Shown here in pieces: positions 56,570-64,000 of a DNA stretch of 64,000 nucleotides. The DNA comes from the human T2T-CHM13v2.0 reference genome, Homo sapiens. The position numbers and the translations under genes are program-made. Below the pieces are notes generated by a model that had not been told where the DNA came from, searched no databases, and saw nothing but the letters and a program-made list of their open reading frames with translations. Every line of letters begins with the position of its first letter. Position 1 is the first letter of the stretch. The stretch lies in the NCBI RefSeq assembly GCF_009914755.1, contig NC_060932.1; one strand, 5' to 3'.

Positions 56570-56759
56570 AATTTTCCCAAAATGTGGTTTGTGAACTATC
56601 TGCCACAGGAAGAATTATCTGGGATCCCTGTTCAAATGCAGGTTGCAGGACTCAACCCTGGGCTTAGAGATTGGACTACCCAGGAGTAGGGATCAAGGGT
56701 TTTGATGTTTAAAAAGTTCTCCTGGTGCACCTAATGCACAGTAAAGTTAAGAAATACTA
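56570..56759. mobile_element. MER5A-like
   Basis: tttcccaaaatgtgg...gttcaaatgcaggttgcagg...tttaaaaagttctcctggtg...aaagttaagaaatact. Confidence 0.7.
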
Positions 56760-56839
56760 CCGAGATTACCAGAAACACAGCAGCAATGAAGACGTTACCC
56801 TTCCCACCCACCTGTTAAAAAGAATTGAGTGCTTTTCTT

Positions 56840-57090
56840 TCTCCAAATTCATAAACATTTCTTCCATGTATCCTACCTGTGCCAATTTAAACACATTATT
56901 TTATTTCTAAATGCCAAAGAGTAGGTTCAAATAAGAACCAACTATTTGCCATTTAGAAATAAACAAACAGAAAACACATTATGTGTTCCCTAACCTCAAG
57001 GAGCTCAGAGTTTAAGAAATTATTTTTAAACAATTACCAATTACGATATGGTGTGATAAGTGTTACAACAGAGGTGCAAATAACAGGTTT
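56840..57090 (-). mobile_element. L2 fragment
   Basis: gttccctaacctcaaggagctcagagttt...caattacgatatggtgtgataagtgttacaacagagg. Confidence 0.55.
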
Positions 57091-57839
57091 TAAATAAAGG
57101 AAGCTTGTTATTTAAAAAGGTGATATTTCCATTTGTAACTCTAAAGACACATTTTTTGTGTGTGATTGTTTTCTGATTGAAGCTGTTTCCAGGTTAGCAC
57201 TCCCAATGCTGTGCACAATTGTATAGCTGACACCATTTATTGATTTGAATGATGACTGAAATTGATCACGTGGCACAACAGAATAGATGCATTCCACCTC
57301 AATTCATCTATAGATTTTATTTTTTTAAAAAATATGTTTAAATGATAAACACATTTTATCTACTTAGAACTTTTATACTTTCTAAAAGAAGGATATACTA
57401 TAAAATAAAATCCTACCAAAAGCAAATACCCAATGTGTACTCATCTGAATTCATGTGTGTGAATGTTCCTTATAAGCTATCATAAACTACATAAGCACCA
57501 TGGAAATATGCAGAGACTGGAGGATAAGAGCAATATTAATAATAACTGCTATTACACAGAATTACGGTTTTCCATACTTGACTTTAAGAAAAAAATTCTC
57601 ATTTTCTCTTACTTTTGCTTTTGGTGTTGACAAGATTACACATACTAACTCATAACTTCAGGAATTCAGAGTACTTTGTTTCAAAATACCTGATTGAAAT
57701 GATCAGTGAAAACATGTTTCTGTTTGTCTGTGACACTTTTATCTTTTAGAATGTTCCTGTCTAATTTTTCTGGGTTTTCACTGTTCTTTCTTAGACGAGA
57801 AAGCCAGCTGATTTTCTCGGGACATCCATTGCTGTATGT

Positions 57840-57960
57840 CAGTGGCTCTCAAAAGAGGCTCTGGAACAATCGCTTCAGCATCACAGAAATGGCTTTAAAT
57901 GGGACTCTTTGGCTGCACCTCCAGTTCCCTATATCAGAAACCCTCTGAGTGCAGACCTAC
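57840..57960. mobile_element. MER5-family fragment
   Basis: cagtggctctcaaa...cagcatcac...atcagaaaccctctgagtg. Confidence 0.55.
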
Positions 57961-58108
57961 GGGGCTGTTCCCGTTGGCTTCTACCCATTCGTGTGCACAG
58001 AAGTTTTCAGAAATGTTGCAATGCATCTTTGAAACACAGTCATCCTTAAAAACCAATAAAGTTGCATAAACTTGTAATTAATTTGTATTTTAAAAACTAA
58101 GGTTATAA

Positions 58109-58540
<432 letters not shown>

Positions 58541-58657
58541 CTCTCTTCCAAACTGCATGTTAGGTGGTGGCGTAACAGTACCTTCAAATTGGCCAACATG
58601 GGAATATTTAGGTCGTAGAAATTGGCAAACACTGCCAATCAGTATCTTTCCCCTCTA

Positions 58658-58747
58658 GAAAGTAGTTGTTAAACTTCAGAGGCAAAAAATTATATTTAAA
58701 AAGCCATCCAGGCGATTCAGGTGAATGGCTGAGTTTGAGAAACGCTG
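58658..58747. mobile_element. MER5-family remnant (both termini, interior deleted)
   Basis: agtagttgttaaactt ... tttaaaaagccatccaggcgattc...agtttgagaaacgctg. Confidence 0.5.
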
Positions 58748-59149
58748 TGCTGCGTTCTGTGATTTTCAGTATCTGAAGGATTCTAGACAACTACTCTCAG
58801 ACTGCTCCAGTCACGTGCTCAAAGACCACTTGCTCCTATCCTGGGGTGACGTAAAACCACTTAGGGGAGAGTTATTTGGTTATCACCCTAAGAACTGCTA
58901 ATTACTTTCTCGCTCATAATGGATGACAGAGTTATCATTTTTCTAGAGTTGTTTCTTTTCTACTTGGGGCCACTGGAGATTTGTTTTCTTTTTAAGTTGT
59001 TCAACACCTTTACAGCCCTCCTTACTCGCTATTTTTTTTTAATTTAAAGTGACAGACCTTGCATAGTCTCATAATTTTAAAACATTTAATAGCATATGAA
59101 TAATAAAAATAATTAACATCCACTATAAATGTATACTTGTTTACCGTAA

Positions 59150-59410
59150 GATAGGATGATATAAGATGTATATATACACATACATTTTCAAGATATTATA
59201 AAATTCATATGTGCATATATTTAATATACATATTAAAATATATTTTAAATATATTATAAAATGCATATGTGTATAAAAATATATGTTATCATATACACAC
59301 GTATTTTAAATATATTATAAAATATATGTGTATATCATAACATATAATATATTTAAAATACATGTGTATATCATCATAACAGATATTTTTATTTTATAAA
59401 TATATGTAAA
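59150..59410. repeat. AT-rich degenerate repeat with internal direct and inverted copies
   Basis: tattttaaatatattataaaat recurs; inverted arms 59291-59319 and 59343-59371. Confidence 0.85.
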
Positions 59411-59644
59411 TGCAGAAAATTACTGGAGAAAATATGAAACTTTCAGAAAACAAACAAGTTGATATTCACTCACTTACAGTATGATGAACTTAATGTTCCA
59501 ACAAAGACTATGTCAACACAAGAGGAAAATATTCCAGGGAATGGAGACTTCACAAACAGGACAAGTTCACCTTCCACTTAGATTTTCTCCTCCCACCTGT
59601 TGCATTGCTTCCACGCACCTCCTGCAGAAGTCAGTGTGAACTCA

Positions 59645-59759
59645 TGGTGTTCCCTCCACACCAAGCGGCAATCCCCAACCAGGCGCTCTCATTTTTGTCC
59701 ACATTCAATTGCACTGGACACAAGGGAGGAAAGCAGCTATTTGGGAAGCCTAACCATGC
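59645..59759 (+). repeat. 115-bp local duplication, copy 1
   Basis: Aligns without gaps to 62124-62238, 102/115 identical by hand count. Confidence 0.95.
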
Positions 59760-61958
59760 TCCTGATTCTTGTGTCTGCTGAAGCAGAATCCTAAGTCTAG
59801 CTAGAAATGTGAGAAGAAATTCAGGAAGAGGAAACACATTAATTTGAGACTGTTGCCAGATATGCTAGAAGTATGAATTTTAAAATATAATAAATCATGA
59901 AGAGTAATAAAAGCAAATGAAATCTGGCAATTAGGTAAAAACAGTTTGTGACAACTGAAAAACACTGACCTGTAGACCTAAAGCTATAGCAAACTGTTCT
60001 GCCTGGGAGCCTAATATTACTGAGTTGCCTTCAGGAATCCTGGAGTCAGGCTTGAAATTCTCACCCCACACAAAGGGCAAAGCCCCTAATATTTTTTTAA
60101 ACAAGGAAAGATGCGTTGGCAGAGAAGAGCACATTTGGCAGTTTGTGAAAAATTATGTTCAAAAAGCAATGAAACACAAATCTACGGGCACTATGGTCGG
60201 AAACCCTATGTAACAGGCGCTTTCTTCTTTTTGCCTAAGTTCTCTTGATCATTTCAGGGAAGACACACATATCAGAGTAGAAATAACTACTTCTTATCAA
60301 CTTTTCTGAAGTGCTTATATGAGAAATTCATTGTGATATCAGTGTCTTTGTAGACAATTAAAAATAATCTTGTGAAAGATCCTCATATGAAAGAAAAAAA
60401 TGCACTGAAGAAATAAATGATGTTTACCATTCTAGAGTTAAAATTAACAAAAGGATATAAAAACTCATTGCTATAGTAAGATTTTTTGTTTGTTTCTTAC
60501 CATGTCTCTTTTCCCATTCCCCTTCTCTATAAGGACTCACCATGCTTAATTTAAAACGTGTACACAAACTGACTAGGACAGGGGTGTACTAGCTAAGTAG
60601 GTGGATAGTACAATTGGACAATACTCAGCTCCTGCAGTCACTCTGCCAGCCCCTGCAATATGGAAGTGTGGATTGATAAAGCTGGTGTCTGTAAGGAGAA
60701 GTATTTTAGTCATTTACTTGAAGTACTCCTTCTGCTTTTCTCTCCTTAGTAAGATGTTATTTTTTCCATAATTGTGTGATGTCAACAGATGGTTCAAGTC
60801 ACGACGTTGAGGAGAAAGCATGTTTAGCATTCATTTGATAAGATGGAGCTTCATGTATTTGAGTGTTCATAATCCATAAAGTGATGTCTCAAATTCTATG
60901 AGGTCTTTCCTGTCCTTAGAACGTATGTTTCCCTCAAACAAAATGTTGTTTCGATCAATTTGTGTTTAACATACTCTGTTTCCACATTATATTTTTATAG
61001 TTTTCATGAAGAGTCAATATATTCAATATGAGATTAGAAAAACAGGTTCAATGAAAGTGCACATATTTGACACATCAATTTTTTTTTAACTTTTACAAAT
61101 ATTTCCAATTGTCAAAATCAAGTTAAAGGTGAACATGGTTGATCTTTACCCACCTATTTTAAAACAATTTTTAAGCAATTGACATTTCTTCAAAATGTAA
61201 GTCTATAATAAAGGTAGATGAAGGTTAAAAGTATTAACAGAAAACTGCAATATATATTGAAGATATTGAGGCTTACAGAATCAAGCACTCCATAGTTCAG
61301 CCAGAAATATTCCCACAGTTAATTTATAAGCTCTTGAAATGAATAGAAATTCTGACAGCTTCTTAAGCAAGGCAGTGTTCTGAGTTCTGCTACAATAATA
61401 AGCTATTCAAGTATGGGATCTATGTGAACCAGTCTTTCTGGTTTTGTGAGTTACCATGGAGTTTTTAAGAATAATAGACATAATTAGATTTAGTGACTCA
61501 ATAAATAAATGAAGCTTTTATATAAGTCATCAGTAATTTCCCCCTGTTTCAAACTAGAAGTGAAAAAAGCGGGGCTTTCATGAAGAAAATATATCCCATG
61601 CTTCTGACAAGTGTCTAAAAAATGCATGTCCTTTAGTCAAAGAAAGCAGGTAATTTATTGACTTCTCATTCCTTCAACAAAGAGGAAAGAATATTTTTAG
61701 AAAAAAATATAAGCAGCTGCCTTTGCTTCCTTAGGTCTTGTGAGAATTACAAACTTAAAAACAAGAAACGTGAAAACTTAAATCTTAATGGTATGCTTTA
61801 ACTGAGATTATCAAGCCATGCTATATAGTATATGTCATCAAATGGAAGATGATTTCATCTAGAGGGAAATAGTTTAGTCTATGCTTAGTTTTAATATAGA
61901 TTTTTAAAGGTTATATGAGAATTTGGAAAGAAATTGCACATATCACTGGTTTCTATGA

Positions 61959-62123
61959 CACAGCTTCCAAGTACGTTCTGTTCAACGTTACTGCCATGAA
62001 GCGGTGCTTCTTATGTATTTTTAAAATGGATTCTGGGGTCATATGTTTTGGAAAAGCTAAGTAGATATGTAACAGGTATGTTTATTGTAGGAATTTCTGG
62101 GACCTTCTTATTCAACATGTACC
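61959..62123. mobile_element. MER103C-like hAT fragment, truncated at the duplication
   Basis: ggattctggggtcatatgttttggaaaagct...aacaggtatgtttattgtaggaatttctgggacctt resembles MER103C. Confidence 0.65.
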
Positions 62124-62238
62124 TGGTGTTCCCCGCATGTCAGGTGGCAATCCCCAACCAGGCGCTCTCATTTTTGTCCACACTCAGTTGCACTGGACAC
62201 AAGTGAGGAAAGCAACTAGTTGGGTAGCCTAACCATGC
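62124..62238 (+). repeat. 115-bp local duplication, copy 2
   Basis: Aligns without gaps to 59645-59759. Confidence 0.95.
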
Positions 62239-62254
62239 ACAGAGAGGCAACGCC

Positions 62255-62890
62255 CTCAGGATATCCTGTTTGTTCTATCTTCAAACGTATCCAGAATCCA
62301 ACAACTTCCAGCTGCTCCATGGTGACCACTCTGGTCACGGCACTATAATTATCACCCGATACCTATCTAACTGCTGTAGGCATTGAGCAGGCTTCCTGGC
62401 TTCCAGCCTTGTTCCTTTCTATTCTAATCTCTTCTCAGCGTATTATCTAGCTTGTCTAACTTTGATCAAAACCCTCCAATAGTTCTCTCAGTTCACGGAA
62501 TGTCAAAATCCTAATGACCAACTTACACCAGAAGTCTTCCTGTACGTGACCTTTGTTCTGACTGTTGCTTATTTCTAGAATGATTTTCCCAGATATCCAC
62601 ATAGCTAACTACCTAACCATTTAACAGTCTCTGTGAAAACATCAGTGTCTCAATGAGGTGAACTCCCTCATTAGAATTGCAACAACAATCTTCCCTATTT
62701 TCTGCTCTACACTTTTAAAATAACACTTACTCTCCTTAAAAATAGGAAAATGTATTTTGTTACTGACTTATGGTTTCTCTTTGCTCACTAGGATGCAATT
62801 TCAACAAGGCATATGTAGCCTTCACAGTTACTCAGAACAGTGCCTTACCACCATTGGGACTCTAAAAAAATTGCCAAATAATGAATACAT
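62255..62890 (+). mobile_element. L2 3' region
   Basis: tcctgtttgttctatcttcaaacgtatccagaatccaac...cagaacagtgcctt...ttgccaaataatgaat. Confidence 0.8.
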
Positions 62891-63382
62891 TTTTAGGAGG
62901 GATATAATGTGCTCATTACTTCTGAAATGTACTAGACCCACAAAACTCTTTTTCAATATTTCTAAAGATCACTGTCTCAGGAAATCTTGATCTAGGACAC
63001 TCAGAAGATGAAATACAAATAATATCTTGAAGGAAATGGAAAAGATAAACTATACATAACATTTGTTTAATTTTGCAACGCCCCTGATATATAGACAAGT
63101 GTGTTTAATGTTCTGACATCTTACTTAGAAGAGAATAAGAAATATCACTATGATGATGTAAATTTGAGAGAGCTGGCAAGCTACCGATCTCACTCTTCTT
63201 TCCCACTGTTGAAAACTACTTTCACCTGGCATGTGCTGGGGATAAACAAAGTACCAAACTAAGCTGAATTCCTTGTTTATGATTCTTCAAGGAACAAGAT
63301 AGATGTAAAGTTAAGCGCTTGTACATCTTATGTTAAAAAGTATCCTGCAATCTTCATACACAATAGATAGAATAATGCCAGT

Positions 63383-63470
63383 GCATACATACAGTCATGG
63401 GTGCATGCATCCATACATCCATATATCCATACATATGTACATCCATTCATACGTACATACATACATGCAT
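63383..63470. repeat. (CATA)/(CATC) simple repeat
   Basis: Direct reading. Confidence 0.8.
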
Positions 63471-64000
63471 AAATTATTTCTTGCTAGTTTTAGTCCGGTA
63501 GTTTCCTAAAAATAAAATTGCAAATTCCTTTATAAGGGTACACAAGTTTCTTACATCTAAGCAAGAACAGATGATCATCTGTTATAAAATGGTAAAACTA
63601 TTTTATCAAATGAATTCATTTACATCATAAGTTATATAATAATAAAATGTTTATTTTTAAAAGATTCCTCAACTCCTGAAATACAACTATTTACAATGCA
63701 TGTGGCTGTTACTTCTGATTTCACTGCACATTTTTAAACAATGCACTTAGCCCATCTTATCTATTGACATCCTAACATCATAGATGAGCATTTTACTCTC
63801 TTACAGAAAGATTCTTCCCCTTCTCACCCTACGAAATAGTCACTACACTTTGGAGTAAAATTAACAACGGGTGTTTACCTCATTAGGACTATAAAATCCA
63901 AGTCATTTACTATGATTAACTTCTTACCTTGAACAACTTTTTGTTTTCCTGTAATTGATACATCTTACTTTTAGAATGCATAGTATTCTGTGTAACTAGT

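Noticed and set aside
60196-60236. Possible third copy of the 115-bp unit (aacaggcgctttcttctttttgcc)
   Set aside because: Similarity is limited to about 20 nt with gaps; compatible with chance

Overview
This is AT-rich, CpG-depleted primate (human-like) non-coding DNA, either deep intron or intergenic. I find no credible protein-coding exon, tRNA, rRNA or CRISPR array. The ORFs in the supplied track are Alu, L1, LTR or microsatellite read-throughs, or short chance frames. The window is a mosaic of about 17 Alus (J, S and Y ages, many with readable target-site duplications), six MaLR solo LTRs or fragments (THE1, MST, MLT1), several old L1 pieces (one with a twin-priming 5' inversion), L2 and MIR relics, hAT and mariner MITEs (MER5, MER20, MER103C, MADE1) and simple repeats. 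The most unusual features these do not explain are: (i) a gapless 115-bp unique-looking segment present twice 2,479 bp apart, the second copy at a MER103C/L2 junction; (ii) crossed inverted repeats (A-B-spacer-A'-B') at 17.8-17.9 kb; (iii) a CpG-retaining patch with a CTCF-like motif at 18.5 kb; (iv) recursive-splice-site-like YAG|GT motifs; (v) several micro-duplications and template-switch scars. I cannot support a new multi-gene biological system here. Repeat subfamily calls come from recalled consensus sequences, and boundaries of old repeats are approximate.
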